Shown here one piece after another: positions 32,185-43,435 of a stretch of DNA of 64,000 bases (position 1 is its first letter; every line of letters begins with the position of its first letter). A program made the position numbers and the translations under genes. The DNA lies in the NCBI GenBank assembly GCA_963710575.1, contig CAVQAL010000006.1:317784-381783 (forward strand), read 5' to 3'. The notes under the pieces were generated by a model that was given only the letters and a program-made list of their open reading frames with translations, searched no databases and was not told the origin of the DNA. Origin of the DNA: an uncultured delta proteobacterium (lineage in GTDB: Bacteria; Desulfobacterota; Syntrophia; Syntrophales; Smithellaceae).

Positions 32185-33819
32185 ATGCGCACATTTCATC
32201 GATTATTATTTTTATCTCTGATCATCATATCCTTAACTGCCTGCGATAAAAAGCCCGCGACGGACAAGGCTCAGCCTTTATCAGCCAAACAGCCAGCTTA
32301 CGGTGATATTCTGGTCAGAGGTGAAATCGGCGATGCCAGCAACCTGATACCGCTTCTGGCTTCCGATTCGGCTTCTCACGAAATTGCCGGCATGGTTTAC
32401 AATGGCTTGGTCAAATACGACAAGGATATGAACATTGTCGGCAATTTGGCGGAATCGTGGGATATAACTGCAAAAGGTTTGGTCATTACTTTTCATCTGC
32501 GCAAAGGCGTGAAATGGCACGACGGCCAGCCGTTTACCGCCGCCGATGTTCTCTATACCTATCAGGTTACCGTTGACCCGAAAACGCCCACGGCTTACGC
32601 GGAAGATTTTAGAGCGGTAAAAAAGGCGGAAGTGCTTGACAACTACACTTTCCGGGTGACTTACGATAAACCCTTTGCTCCGGCCCTGATCAGTTGGAGC
32701 AGTTCGATTTTACCCCGGCATCTGCTTTCCGGCAAAGACATCACCCAAAGCCCGCTCAAGCGCCATCCTATCGGCACCGGGCCTTACAAATTTAAGGAAT
32801 GGGTGGCCGGGCAGAAAATCGTTCTTGTTTCCAATCCCGATTATTTTGAAGGACGTCCCTATATCGATGGACAGATCACGCGAATTATTCCCGACACCGC
32901 CACGATGTTTCTGGAGTTGCGCGCCCAGAACCTCGGCATGATGGGACTGACGCCTCTGCAATACACACGGCAGACGGAAAATAACTTGTTTAAAAATAAT
33001 TTTAATAAATATCGCTACCTCAGTTTTGCGTACACCTACCTTGGTTACAATCTGAAAAATCCGCTTTTTACCGACAAGCGGGTGCGGCAGGCCATTTCGT
33101 ATGCCATTAATAAAGATGAAATTATTAGCGGCGTACTGCTGGGACTGGGCAAACCGGCAACTGGCCCTTACAAGCCTGGCAGCTGGGCTTACAACGACAA
33201 CGTTAAAAAATACAATTACGATCCGCAAAAAGCGCGGGAACTGTTGCGTGAGGCGGGCTGGACAAAGCTAAACAGCGACGGCGTTCTGGAAAAAGATGGC
33301 AAGCCCTTCGTTTTTGAAATAGTCACCAATCAGGGCAATGAGACGCGGCAGAAATGCGCGGAAATTATTCAGCGGCAGCTTGCGGACATTGGCATCACGG
33401 TGAAAATCCGAATTCTGGAATGGTCGGCATTTGTGACAAACTTTATCAACAAACGCCGTTTCGATTCTGTGATTCTCGGCTGGACTATTCCGCTTGATCC
33501 CGATGCGTATGATGTCTGGCATTCCAGTAAAACAAAGCCGGAAGAGCTGAACTTTATTTCCTACAATAATCCGGAAGCGGACGAAATGCTGGTAAAAGGA
33601 CGCAGCACCTTCGACCAAAAGGAAAGAAAAAAATATTACGACCGCTTTCAGGAAATCCTCGCGGAAGATCAACCCTATACTTTTCTCTACGTTCCCGATG
33701 CTCTGGTCATCACCCACAATCGTTTCCGGGGCATTGAGCCCGCGCCCATCGGCCTGGAATACAATTTCATCAAATGGTACGTCCCGAAAGACGAACAAAA
33801 ATACACCATGACGAGATAA
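32185..33819 (+). CDS. Family 5 peptide ABC substrate-binding lipoprotein (AppA/OppA-like)
   Basis: Lipobox LTAC; LRKGVKWHDGQPFTA, PIGTGPY, RVRQAI. Confidence 0.92.
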   Translation: MRTFHRLLFLSLIIISLTACDKKPATDKAQPLSAKQPAYGDILVRGEIGDASNLIPLLASDSASHEIAGMVYNGLVKYDKDMNIVGNLAESWDITAKGLVITFHLRKGVKWHDGQPFTAADVLYTYQVTVDPKTPTAYAEDFRAVKKAEVLDNYTFRVTYDKPFAPALISWSSSILPRHLLSGKDITQSPLKRHPIGTGPYKFKEWVAGQKIVLVSNPDYFEGRPYIDGQITRIIPDTATMFLELRAQNLGMMGLTPLQYTRQTENNLFKNNFNKYRYLSFAYTYLGYNLKNPLFTDKRVRQAISYAINKDEIISGVLLGLGKPATGPYKPGSWAYNDNVKKYNYDPQKARELLREAGWTKLNSDGVLEKDGKPFVFEIVTNQGNETRQKCAEIIQRQLADIGITVKIRILEWSAFVTNFINKRRFDSVILGWTIPLDPDAYDVWHSSKTKPEELNFISYNNPEADEMLVKGRSTFDQKERKKYYDRFQEILAEDQPYTFLYVPDALVITHNRFRGIEPAPIGLEYNFIKWYVPKDEQKYTMTR

Positions 33820-33934
33820 GAGTTTTCAACTGTTTTTGTATAATTATAAAAATGACAGGATATACTGAAACTTTAGAATAACTTGTTAGGTACAAAGGAG
33901 ATAATTATAAGACCACTGGTTTTCTGTTTTACAT

Positions 33935-34438
33935 TTGTCATCATTCTATGTATGGCACACCTTTTCATATTCTGGCATACTCGGAAATAGCAATACCATG
34001 GATATGGTCTATAAGGACGAGAGCCATTGTCTTCTAGCACCCGAGATCCGCGGAAAGCAAGACAAGCAAATCTCGTGCTATTGTCGAGATGCCATCATGG
34101 ATGCCCGATATGTGTATGAAAATTATTTGCTCACCGGAAAAGACCAAAACCTTAATGGAACCTACCTTACGCTTGAGGATAAAGCTCAGGAAATGTGCGA
34201 TGAACGATACAGTGCTGTCGTCAAGGCGATTCAAACCAAGGACTGGCAATGGAATGGTCCGCAAGTCATACGGGAATATCCCCCCGAGAGAGAAATTAAT
34301 CAAATTCAGCCTGACAGTAAGGGCTTCCGAACCGTAAAATATAAAGGACACCTGACCTATCGTGATTTAAGGGGCAACATAACAAAAGTTGAAAATTTTA
34401 CAGCACTGGATAAATTACCCCCGAACATTAAAAAGTAA
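33935..34438 (+). CDS. Hypothetical Cys-containing protein, probably exported; 5' end appears damaged
   Basis: 167 aa ORF; SD AAAGGAG near 33894 precedes an out-of-frame signal-peptide-like stretch lacking ATG. Confidence 0.5.
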   Translation: MSSFYVWHTFSYSGILGNSNTMDMVYKDESHCLLAPEIRGKQDKQISCYCRDAIMDARYVYENYLLTGKDQNLNGTYLTLEDKAQEMCDERYSAVVKAIQTKDWQWNGPQVIREYPPEREINQIQPDSKGFRTVKYKGHLTYRDLRGNITKVENFTALDKLPPNIKK

Positions 34439-34508
34439 GACGGAGAAAGAAAATAGTTGGGTTGCCTTTGACTGTTGAGAAATAATGGTTACAGGAGGAA
34501 ATTAATAT

Positions 34509-35157
34509 ATGAAAAATGGTGTCATCATAGCCGTAAGTGGGATTAATCGGACTCATTATTATTACCATAGCAATTCTTCAATTCTGGGAAAAGTGGCGAA
34601 AGCGAGCCATCATCGAAGCAGGGAAATCGCTTGGATTTCACCACCTGGCGCAGGGAGAAATATTGCCGGTCGTCTTGGTTCCGCTGATCAACCCTACAAA
34701 AAACAAATATTTTGTAATCCTGCGGGGAGAGATTAACGGATATGAGGCGGGATTTTTCGATCTTTATATCGGGGCTGGAAAAAACTGGTTTTATCAGTCC
34801 ACGGTAATCACAAAGAATCCGCAGGTAACAATGCCGAAGTTCCAATTGAAGCCGTCCGACTGGTCGCATGTGATCAGTCAGCGCACCTGCGGAGATGAGT
34901 TGAAAATTCCGGGACGCGAGAAAGATATGGGCTCGCTTCGCTTATCTTCCGACAATCAGCAATGGGCATTGCAAACATTTTCCAAAGCTAATCCTCAATT
35001 TTTCCAGAAACTGCAAAAAGAAAAATGGACTATCGAGGGCTTTCAGCATTCACTGGTTATCTATCGCTGGGGCCAGACAATTTCACCGCGGAAACTGCAG
35101 GAATATGTAAAACAGGCGGCAGATATAGCAACTGAAATGTACTCGATCTGCTTCTGA
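34509..35157 (+). CDS. Hypothetical single-TM protein; likely start 34509 with +1 frameshift near 34535
   Basis: SD AGGAGG before ATG 34509; main ORF 34537..35157. Confidence 0.55.
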
Positions 35158-35280
35158 TACCATCTCGCTTTCTTTGGCTAACTTTGTTGGCAGCGTCGTC
35201 GGCTTCCTCAACGTATTAGTAATACGCCTGCGGAGCCTCCTCCTTGCCGCCGCGTTATCCTTTGAAATCAAAATGGTATA
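35157..35280 (+). repeat. MITE-like repeat family A, copy 4
   Basis: Nearly identical to 8841-8964. Confidence 0.85.
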
Positions 35281-35413
35281 AATAATTACCCACAACCTTT
35301 TTCGGGGCATTGAATCCGCCTCCATCTAATAGCAAAGAGGTAGAGCATGTCTGTCTTTAACTGTTGAGAAATAATGGTTACAGATATCAGAAGGTCGTTG
35401 AAAAATATTATTG

Positions 35414-35540
35414 GAGGGCTGTTCAAAAATGCTCAAATGCAAGGCGCGCAAGAACCACTTCGCGAGGCGTATATTTTCATACGTTGAGTGATGGGGTTTG
35501 CAGCGCAACACGGCAGGTGAGCGTTTTTCAACAGTCCCTC
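35414..35540 (+). repeat. MITE-like repeat family B, copy 3
   Basis: GAGGGCTGTTCAAAAA...TTTTTCAACAGTCCCTC ends and shared core. Confidence 0.8.
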
Positions 35541-36108
35541 AAGCGAAACTATTTTCTAATTCGCCAAAAACCACTGAGCCCTTATCCTCAACATTACTCT
35601 TGAATTGTTGAATGCCCAGCGATACCTCTTGAAGATGAGCGGGAGAAGCAACGATACAGGCGGACATGTTGGCGATCTTTTCTATATCCGCGGATAGAAA
35701 ATCAAAAATGCCGGTGACCATTGCCTCAACGATATTAGAGGTAACAAGACTTGAGCGGCCTTCTCCACAAAGGTCGAAAGCAAAACTATGCAGAGCCATT
35801 CTATCTATGGCTTCCGCGATAAGGTAGGCGGCATTATAAATCTTATCGTAATTTATATCGTAACTATTTCCCAGGCCGAAAAGAAGCAGCCTTTCCGAGC
35901 CAATGCGCTGGGGAAAGGGAATAATAATCTTTTCCTTATATTCTCCGTTGATTCTTCCCTGTTTAATTTCACTGGAAATCATGCCGTTGAGACGCCAGTC
36001 AATAAAACCGCAAATCCCGCGCGGCGGCTTTTCGTCTGCGAAAATACCCAATGCCAAACATTTATGTTTTGGAAGGTCGGGGTTTTCTGTCGAGAAGGTT
36101 AGTTGCAT
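35539..36108 (-). CDS. Peptidase M17 N-terminal-domain-like protein
   Basis: FADEKPPRG..G.IDWRLNG.IS, LLLFGLG; no catalytic domain. Confidence 0.7.
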   Translation of the reverse strand: MQLTFSTENPDLPKHKCLALGIFADEKPPRGICGFIDWRLNGMISSEIKQGRINGEYKEKIIIPFPQRIGSERLLLFGLGNSYDINYDKIYNAAYLIAEAIDRMALHSFAFDLCGEGRSSLVTSNIVEAMVTGIFDFLSADIEKIANMSACIVASPAHLQEVSLGIQQFKSNVEDKGSVVFGELENSFA

Positions 36109-36517
36109 TTTTTTTGTTTAATTTCAGATTAAGCGCGTCCAGTATACCGTTAATAAAAGAACCGGAATTTTCCGAACCAAAAGTTTTTCCCAGATCAACG
36201 GCTTCATTCAAAGTAACTTTCGGCGGAATATCCTCACAGTAGAGAAACTCAAAGACAGCCAGACGCAAAATATTTATATCTACCTTGGACATCCGCCCCA
36301 GCGACCAGTTATCCGAACAACCGGCAATAAGCTTATCCAGTTCATCCTTGTGTTCGCATGTGCCCTGCACCAGAAATGCCGCAAATTCTTTAGCCGCTTT
36401 GGGAGCAACAAAATTACTCCAGAAAAGATCTAAAGCCTTTTGCACATCAATATTTTCAAAATGAAGACCGTAAAGAACTTGTAAGGCAATTTCCCGTGCC
36501 TTTCTACGCCCACGCAT
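36062..36517 (-). CDS. nusB: Transcription antitermination factor NusB
   Basis: RRKAREIALQ, WSLGRM, NEAVDL, FINGILD. Confidence 0.95.
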   Translation of the reverse strand: MRGRRKAREIALQVLYGLHFENIDVQKALDLFWSNFVAPKAAKEFAAFLVQGTCEHKDELDKLIAGCSDNWSLGRMSKVDINILRLAVFEFLYCEDIPPKVTLNEAVDLGKTFGSENSGSFINGILDALNLKLNKKNATNLLDRKPRPSKT

Positions 36518-36600
36518 CGAATTAGTAAACCTCAAAGAGCATCTTCAGACTGCTACATTCTCTCTTTATATTCTTGCCATAACATGATGGCAGCTTAACC

Positions 36601-37065
36601 TTAAATCTTCTTGAATAAATCAACCATTTCTATTGCCGTCATAGCCGCATCGGCGCCTTTATTTCCCGATTTGGTTCCCGCGCGTTCAATCGCCTGCTCG
36701 ATTGTATCCGTCGTCAACACACCGAAAATCACAGGAACTTCTGTTTCAAGACCGACCATGGCAATGCCTTTGGATACTTCGGCGCTTATATATTCGAAAT
36801 GCGGAGTCGCGCCGCGAATTATGGCGCCCAGACAAATTATGGCGTCAAAGCGAGCGCTTGTTGCCAATTTTTTCGCCGTGAGCGGCAATTCAAAAGAGCC
36901 GGGAACTTTATAGATAGCGATATCCTTTTCTTCCGCGCCTGCTCTCATCAGCGCGTCAATGGCGCCATCAATTAGCCTGCCGCAAATAAAATCGTTAAAA
37001 CGGCTGGCCACGATGCCAAACTTCATTCCCTTGGCGACAATTTTTCCTTCAATTATTTTCGGCAT
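36601..37065 (-). CDS. ribH: 6,7-dimethyl-8-ribityllumazine synthase
   Basis: [19 protein letters not shown]. Confidence 0.97.
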   Translation of the reverse strand: MPKIIEGKIVAKGMKFGIVASRFNDFICGRLIDGAIDALMRAGAEEKDIAIYKVPGSFELPLTAKKLATSARFDAIICLGAIIRGATPHFEYISAEVSKGIAMVGLETEVPVIFGVLTTDTIEQAIERAGTKSGNKGADAAMTAIEMVDLFKKI

Positions 37066-37102
37066 AGTTTATTACCATCCTTATGTTTGAATTTTGCTCT
37101 AA

Positions 37103-38305
37103 CTATATCTTCAAAAGATGTCCCATCTTCTTTTGTTTTGTTTTCATATACTTTATGTTGTCTTCATTCGGGTCTATTTCAATAGGAACTCGTTGAGTGA
37201 TCTCGATTCCGTAACCTTCAAGTCCGACAATTTTTTTGGGGTTATTGGTCAATAATCGCATTTTACGCACGCCCAGATCAACAAGGATTTGCGCTCCGAT
37301 GCCGTAATCTCTTAAATCCGCCTTGAATCCAAGGGCGATATTGGCCTCGACTGTATCCTTGCCTTTTTCCTGCAAGGCGTAAGCTTTGATTTTGTTGACC
37401 AAGCCGATTCCCCGGCCTTCCTGCCGCATATAAACGATCACGCCTTTTCCTTCTTTTTCCACCATTCTCATTGCGCGATGGAGTTGATCGCCGCAGTCGC
37501 ATCTTTTGGAGCCAAAAAGATCGCCGGTAAGACATTCCGAATGAACGCGCACCAGCACTTCATCTTCTTCTTTAATTTCACCTTTAACCAAAGCAATGTG
37601 CTGCCAGTCATCAGCATCATTTTCGTAAACGATAATTTTATAATCCCCGCCGAAACTGGTAGGAATCGTCGCTTCCGCCATTCTTCTGATAAGAGATTCG
37701 TTTTGCATCCGGTAATCAATAAGATCGGCAATGGTGACAATTTTTATATTATGTTCATGGGCAAATATTTCCAAATCCGGCATCCGCGCCATTGTGCCAT
37801 CATCTTTCATGATTTCACAGATTACACCGGCCGGCGTCAAACCGGCTATGCGGCATAAATCCACCGATCCTTCAGTCTGTCCGGTGCGAACTAGAACACC
37901 GCCCCGCTTGGCACGGATCGGAAATACATGTCCCGGGCTGACTAAATCTTCCGGCTTGGACAGGGGATTAACGGCGGCATGAATTGTTGCCGCCCTGTCG
38001 GCGGCGGAGATGCCTGTGGTAACGCCGTGCCGCGCTTCGATGGAAACGGTAAACGCTGTTCCGAAACGCGCCTGATTGTCTTGAACCATTTGTTTTAGAC
38101 GAAGTTTGTCCGCTATTTCTTCGTTGAGCGTCAAACATATCAACCCGCGGCCATAGCGGGCCATGAAGTTGATTGTTTCCGGCGAAATAAATTCCGCCGC
38201 CATGCAAAGATCACCTTCATTTTCCCGGTCTTCGTCATCAACGAGAATTACCATTTTTCCGTTTTGAATATCTTCTATCGCTTCTTGAATTGTACTGATT
38301 GCCAT
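37103..38305 (-). CDS. ribBA: Bifunctional DHBP synthase/GTP cyclohydrolase II
   Basis: [32 protein letters not shown]. Confidence 0.97.
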   Translation of the reverse strand: MAISTIQEAIEDIQNGKMVILVDDEDRENEGDLCMAAEFISPETINFMARYGRGLICLTLNEEIADKLRLKQMVQDNQARFGTAFTVSIEARHGVTTGISAADRAATIHAAVNPLSKPEDLVSPGHVFPIRAKRGGVLVRTGQTEGSVDLCRIAGLTPAGVICEIMKDDGTMARMPDLEIFAHEHNIKIVTIADLIDYRMQNESLIRRMAEATIPTSFGGDYKIIVYENDADDWQHIALVKGEIKEEDEVLVRVHSECLTGDLFGSKRCDCGDQLHRAMRMVEKEGKGVIVYMRQEGRGIGLVNKIKAYALQEKGKDTVEANIALGFKADLRDYGIGAQILVDLGVRKMRLLTNNPKKIVGLEGYGIEITQRVPIEIDPNEDNIKYMKTKQKKMGHLLKI

Positions 38306-38312
38306 TGCTTAT

Positions 38313-38957
38313 TTATCCTTCTTTATTTAAAAAACCGTGCTGCGCCAGGAAGTCCTTATCTATTCCCGTGGGAGTTTGCAATAATTTTTCCACATATTTT
38401 CCCAGAACATCAGTTTCGATATTGACCAGATCACCTTCTTTTTTCGTAAGCAAAGTAGTATTTGCCGCCGTATGCGGAATTATATTAACATAAAACCTGT
38501 TTTTTTCAAGTTTGTTCACGGTAAGACTGATGCCGTCTAGGGCTACCGATCCTTTTTCCACAATATAGCGCGATAGATTATCATTAATTTCCACAGCCAG
38601 AATCAGTGAACCGGATTTTTGCGCCTGCGATAAAATTCGACAGGCAGCATCAATATGGCCTAAAACAAAATGTCCGCCGATGAAACCTCCGACCCGTAAT
38701 GATTTTTCCAGATTGACTTTGTGCCCGGCCTGTAAAAACTTGAGGGTTGTTCTGGACAGCGTTTCGGCGGAAACATCAGCGTTGAAACTCTGTTGATTTT
38801 TGGAGGTGACGGTAAGACAAGCTCCGTTTATCGCAATACTATCGCCAATGGACACATCTGTTAAGTCGATTGCGGTTTCAATTTCCAAGACGGCATCGGC
38901 GCCCTTCAGTGTCAGGCGTTTTACCTTTCCTAATCCCTCTACGATTCCGGTAAACAT
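38313..38957 (-). CDS. ribE: Riboflavin synthase
   Basis: [24 protein letters not shown]. Confidence 0.96.
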   Translation of the reverse strand: MFTGIVEGLGKVKRLTLKGADAVLEIETAIDLTDVSIGDSIAINGACLTVTSKNQQSFNADVSAETLSRTTLKFLQAGHKVNLEKSLRVGGFIGGHFVLGHIDAACRILSQAQKSGSLILAVEINDNLSRYIVEKGSVALDGISLTVNKLEKNRFYVNIIPHTAANTTLLTKKEGDLVNIETDVLGKYVEKLLQTPTGIDKDFLAQHGFLNKEG

Positions 38958-39418
38958 TATTTTTTACCCTTACTCAATAAATCTTTTAGTTCGGACATGA
39001 ATTCCCCGACATCGCGGAATTGCCGGTAAACCGAGGCAAACCGGACGTAGGCAACGCCGTCGAAAGCCTTTAGCTCGTTCATTATCTTTTCTCCGATAAG
39101 TGTCGAAGAAATTTCTTCGGCTTGAACTTCCTGGCAGGCCTGCTCCACATTTTCAACAAGTTTATCTATAGCCTCCATGCTGATCGGACGCTTCTCGCAA
39201 GCCTTTTTTATGCCGGTCATAATTTTCTGCCGGTCAAACTGTTCGCGGCGGCCGTCTTTTTTTACGACCATCGGCAATATATCTTCGACATATTCATAAG
39301 TGGTAAAGCGCTTCGCACAACCCAAACATTCCCGGCGGCGGCGGACGGCTTTGCCGTCTTTGCTTATTCGCGAATCAATAACTTTATTTTCCGCATGACC
39401 GCAAAACGGGCACTTCAT
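38957..39418 (-). CDS. nrdR: Transcriptional repressor NrdR
   Basis: MKCPFC, RRRREC, ATP cone, AYVRFASVY. Confidence 0.97.
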   Translation of the reverse strand: MKCPFCGHAENKVIDSRISKDGKAVRRRRECLGCAKRFTTYEYVEDILPMVVKKDGRREQFDRQKIMTGIKKACEKRPISMEAIDKLVENVEQACQEVQAEEISSTLIGEKIMNELKAFDGVAYVRFASVYRQFRDVGEFMSELKDLLSKGKK

Positions 39419-39451
39419 GATTTTGATTACCTTATTAATTTTTTCTATATT

Positions 39452-39937
39452 TTAGAGTTGTTTTACGCTGATTCCCGCTTCCTTGAGCATCTGCGCGGCT
39501 AATTTGTCGTGATAACCGTCACGAATAACGATACGGACAATTCCGGCATTGATAATCATTTTAGCACAGATGACACAGGGATGATTAGTGCAATAAAGTG
39601 TTGATCCTTTGGTAATAACTCCGTGCATGGCGGCCTGAATAATCACATTTTGTTCCGCGTGCAGTCCGCGGCATAATTCATGACGTTCACCCGAAGGAAC
39701 TTTGAGTTGCTCGCGCAGACAGCCAATATCCAGACAGTGCTGAAGCTTGGAGGGAGCGCCATTATAGCCGGTGGCCAGAATCCGGCGATCACGCACCAAT
39801 CCGGATCCTACAGAACGCCGGAGGCAAGTACTGCGCTTGGATACTAGTTCGGCAATGTCCATAAAATAAGTATCCCAGTCGGGCCTTTTGTTAATTTTCT
39901 CCGGCAGACTAGCTGAAGATACTTTTTTTATGGCCAT
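39452..39937 (-). CDS. dCMP deaminase (ComEB-like)
   Basis: RPDWD.YF, TGYNG, HAEQN, PCVIC. Confidence 0.9.
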   Translation of the reverse strand: MAIKKVSSASLPEKINKRPDWDTYFMDIAELVSKRSTCLRRSVGSGLVRDRRILATGYNGAPSKLQHCLDIGCLREQLKVPSGERHELCRGLHAEQNVIIQAAMHGVITKGSTLYCTNHPCVICAKMIINAGIVRIVIRDGYHDKLAAQMLKEAGISVKQL

Positions 39938-39961
39938 AGTTTCACGCTTTCACGAATTTGT

Positions 39962-41215
39962 TTACAGGCTTTTAATCCTTCGTTGATAAAGAGGGAACTG
40001 AGCACAAAGAGTTTTTATCTTTTCAGCAACAGCCTGAATGTTTTTCTCATTGTTGATGTTTTTAATTACATCGGCGATATAAGAAGCAATCAATCGCATT
40101 TCGCCTTCCTTCATGCCTCTGGTTGTTACTGCGGGAGTGCCGATTCTGATTCCGCTCGTTACCTGTGGTCCCTGGGTATCAAAGGGAATACCGTTTTTAT
40201 TGACAGTTATGGCAGCGCGGTCGAGGGCTTCCTGCGCGTCTTTTCCTGTAACGCCTTTGGCCGTTAAATCAACCAGCATCAAATGATTGTCGGTGCCTCC
40301 CGAAACAATCCTGAATCCCTGATTCTTTAGTTCATCAGCCATGGCCTGCGCGTTTTTAATTATCTGTTTCTGATATTCCTTGAATTCCGGCTGAAGCGCT
40401 TCCTGAAAAGCAACAGCCTTGGCGGCGATAACATGCATTAAAGGCCCGCCCTGCATGCCGGGGAAAACTCTGCTGTTCAGTGTTTTAGCGTAAGCTTCTT
40501 TGCACATGACCAAACCGCCGCGGGGCCCGCGCAGAGTTTTATGCGTTGTGGACGTGACGTATTCACAAACAGGGACAGGAGAAGGATGCAATCCCGTACA
40601 GACAAGCCCTGCGATATGGGCGATATCCGCCATGATTACAGCGCCGACTTCATCGGCAATTTTCCGGAACTTTTGAAAATCAAGAACTCTGGGATAAGCG
40701 CTGGCGCCGACAATAATCATTTTAGGTTTATGTTCCCTGGCTAATTTTTCCAATTCATCAAAATCAATGGTTTCCGTATCCTTGCTGACGCCGTAAGGAA
40801 CAATCTTATAAAGTTTACCCGAAAAATTGGCCGGGCTTCCATGAGACAGATGTCCGCCGTGAGATAAATTCATTCCCAAAATCGTATCGCCCGGCTGTAC
40901 AGCGGCAAAATAAACGGCCATATTCGCCTGCGTGCCGGAGTGCGGCTGGACATTGATATGATCGGCTCCAAAAAGCTGCTTGCAGCGTTCAATCGCCAGA
41001 CTTTCCACGATGTCGACAAATTCACAGCCGCCATAGTAACGTTTTCCCGGATATCCTTCGGCATATTTATTGGTCATGACAGAACCCTGTGCTTCCAAAA
41101 CTGCTTCACTGACAAAATTCTCGGAAGCAATAAGCTCAATTTTTCCCGCCTGCCGGCGTGTTTCCAAATCAATGGCCTGACTGACTTTCGGATCAACTTT
41201 TTCTAAAAAAGACAT
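39962..41215 (-). CDS. glyA: Serine hydroxymethyltransferase
   Basis: [26 protein letters not shown]. Confidence 0.98.
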   Translation of the reverse strand: MSFLEKVDPKVSQAIDLETRRQAGKIELIASENFVSEAVLEAQGSVMTNKYAEGYPGKRYYGGCEFVDIVESLAIERCKQLFGADHINVQPHSGTQANMAVYFAAVQPGDTILGMNLSHGGHLSHGSPANFSGKLYKIVPYGVSKDTETIDFDELEKLAREHKPKMIIVGASAYPRVLDFQKFRKIADEVGAVIMADIAHIAGLVCTGLHPSPVPVCEYVTSTTHKTLRGPRGGLVMCKEAYAKTLNSRVFPGMQGGPLMHVIAAKAVAFQEALQPEFKEYQKQIIKNAQAMADELKNQGFRIVSGGTDNHLMLVDLTAKGVTGKDAQEALDRAAITVNKNGIPFDTQGPQVTSGIRIGTPAVTTRGMKEGEMRLIASYIADVIKNINNEKNIQAVAEKIKTLCAQFPLYQRRIKSL

Positions 41216-41249
41216 GGGAATTGTTCTCTCCTTCGCTATGAATTTCTAT

Positions 41250-41368
41250 ATATCTGTGGTCTTCAACCCTTTCAACTGTATTTCACAATCCCCATTCGCT
41301 TCACTCAGGGGATAATTCCACTTGCGCTTCGAACTTCGCTATGCTCGTTTTCAGCGAGTGTCATTATA
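41250..41368. repeat. Palindromic repeat family C, copy 2 (overlaps the fabF stop)
   Basis: GATAATTCCACTTGCGCTTCGAACTTCGCTATGCTCGTTTTCAGCGAGTGTCATTA matches 45781-45837; boundaries approximate. Confidence 0.6.
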
Positions 41369-42598
41369 TTTTTTAAACAACAAAACCGCATTAACGCCGC
41401 CAAAGCCAAAAGTATTGGACATGGCTGTATTTATTTCTTTATGCCGGGCAACTTTAGGCACGTAATCAAGATCACATCCCTCGCCGGGATTATCCAGATT
41501 GATCGTGGGCGGAATGATGCCTTCCTGCAAAGCTTTAATCGCAAAAATGGCTTCCACTCCTCCCGTTGCTCCCAGCATGTGGCCGGTCATGGATTTTGTA
41601 GAACTGATCATTAATTTTTGGGCGTGTTCCCCAAAAAGAAATTTGATGGCCTGAGTTTCATATAAATCATTCAGCGGCGTCGATGTGCCGTGGGCGTTGA
41701 TGTAATCAACATCTTCGGGATTCAAACAGGCGTCTTTTATCGCGACTCTCATACTGCGGGCGGCGCCTTCATGCCCGGGCGGCGGAGCGGCCATGTGAAA
41801 AGCGTCAGATGTGCATCCATAGCCGGCAAGTTCCGCGTATATACGCGCGCCTCTTTCTAATGCAAACGATAATTCTTCCAGAATAATTATACCGCATCCT
41901 TCTCCGATAACAAAACCATCACGATCTTTATCAAACGGACGGCTGGCCCTCTGCGGCTCATCGTTTTTCACTGAAAGTGCCCGCATTGCGCCAAAACCGC
42001 CTACGGCCAATTGTGTTACCGCAGCTTCGACACCGCCAGTGATCATTACATCGGCATCCCCGTAGGCAATGGTTTTATAAGCGTCGCCGATGGCTGATGT
42101 TCCCGCAGCGCAGGCGGTAACAGCGCAATTTATAGGACCCTTGGCTCCAAATCGTATGGAGACATGACCGGAAGCTAGATTAGCAAGAATTGCCGGAACG
42201 GCAAATGGAGAAATTTTACGTGGATTCGCACTAAACAGGTTTTTTAATTCTTCCTCCAGTGTAGCGATACCGCCGATGGCCGAGCCGATTATCACGCCGG
42301 TTCGCTCGGAAAATTCAGGGCTGATCGTCAAATTAGCATCGGCCATGGCCATTTCTGAAGCCGCAATAGAATAAAGGATGAAATCATCATAGCGGCGGAG
42401 TTCTTGCTTACTTACAAATTGCTGGGGATCGAAATTCTTTATTTCGCCGGCAATTCTGGATTTATAGGAACTGCAATCAAACTTGGTAATAGGGCCGATG
42501 CCTGACTTACCCGTAATTGCGCCTTCCCATGATTGACTAACTGAATTTCCCAAGGGGGTCAACGCCCCAAGACCTGTTACAACAACACGCCTTTTCAT
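41351..42598 (-). CDS. fabF: 3-oxoacyl-ACP synthase II
   Basis: [24 protein letters not shown]. Confidence 0.97.
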   Translation of the reverse strand: MKRRVVVTGLGALTPLGNSVSQSWEGAITGKSGIGPITKFDCSSYKSRIAGEIKNFDPQQFVSKQELRRYDDFILYSIAASEMAMADANLTISPEFSERTGVIIGSAIGGIATLEEELKNLFSANPRKISPFAVPAILANLASGHVSIRFGAKGPINCAVTACAAGTSAIGDAYKTIAYGDADVMITGGVEAAVTQLAVGGFGAMRALSVKNDEPQRASRPFDKDRDGFVIGEGCGIIILEELSFALERGARIYAELAGYGCTSDAFHMAAPPPGHEGAARSMRVAIKDACLNPEDVDYINAHGTSTPLNDLYETQAIKFLFGEHAQKLMISSTKSMTGHMLGATGGVEAIFAIKALQEGIIPPTINLDNPGEGCDLDYVPKVARHKEINTAMSNTFGFGGVNAVLLFKKYNDTR

Positions 42599-42621
42599 TG
42601 GCTAAAATCCTGAACATTAAA

Positions 42622-42858
42622 CTAATTGACGCCTTTTTGCTTAAGAAAATCAATTACGTCTTTAATTGTACTAATTTTTTCCAGCTCTTCATCAGCTATT
42701 TCTACACCGAAAGCTTCTTCCATCTCCATGAGGAGCTCAACAATATCCAAAGAGTCTGCGCCTAAATCGTCAATAAAAGAAGCTTCCAAAACGCACTGTT
42801 CCTTGGTTACATCCAGTTGTTCCATAACAAGTTTAATGACTTTTTCTTCTAGCGTCAT
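42622..42858 (-). CDS. acpP: Acyl carrier protein
   Basis: DLGADSLD. Confidence 0.97.
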   Translation of the reverse strand: MTLEEKVIKLVMEQLDVTKEQCVLEASFIDDLGADSLDIVELLMEMEEAFGVEIADEELEKISTIKDVIDFLKQKGVN

Positions 42859-43230
42859 GCAAAATCCTCCTCTGTCAATATATTACATAAAAATTGGATC
42901 AAATCGTACTTCTTTTACCTGTTTTTTTAAAATAATTCCTTATTTTTTTCTATGAGAAAAGCATCTGCTCTTTTATACGAAAAAAATATTTCCTCCGCGT
43001 TTATTAAGAAAATATTTCTATTTATATAAGGTCTAAAGCGTTCTTTCCCTGTAAAATTCGACAATTACTTATAAGCCGGCGAAATCCTGTTTTCCATTGT
43101 CTCCCATCCCTTGTCGCAGATAAAATTGTTTAATTTAGAGACAAGATCGGATATTTTCCTTAGTAAAAAATATCCGGATTACAACTGGAAAGAACTGGCG
43201 CAGCCTAAAATATTTCTCAGAATTATGACA

Positions 43231-43416
43231 CTAGGCATTCTTCTCTGCTTTTTTGTATTCTCTGCCCTTATAGGTTTCACATGTAGGGCAGACGCGATGA
43301 GGCAATTTCGGCTCATTGCATTGCGGGCATAAAGACAATGAAGGCGACTTCAAAAAATCATTCGCCCTTCTCTGATTACGCCTGGTTTTGGAATGTCTCT
43401 TTACCGGATTTGGCAT
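43231..43416 (-). CDS. rpmF: 50S ribosomal protein L32
   Basis: P.P.KRHSKTRR, CPQC...PHRVCPTC. Confidence 0.95.
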   Translation of the reverse strand: MPNPVKRHSKTRRNQRRANDFLKSPSLSLCPQCNEPKLPHRVCPTCETYKGREYKKAEKNA

Positions 43417-43435
43417 AAATTATCCTTCTTTATAA

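Noticed and set aside
33885-33891. GTTAGGT before ORF 33935 as a cassette start
   Set aside because: No matching RYYYAAC or attC hairpin seen after the ORF
38957-39452. FMN riboswitch for the rib genes
   Set aside because: There is no intergenic space and no RFN motif
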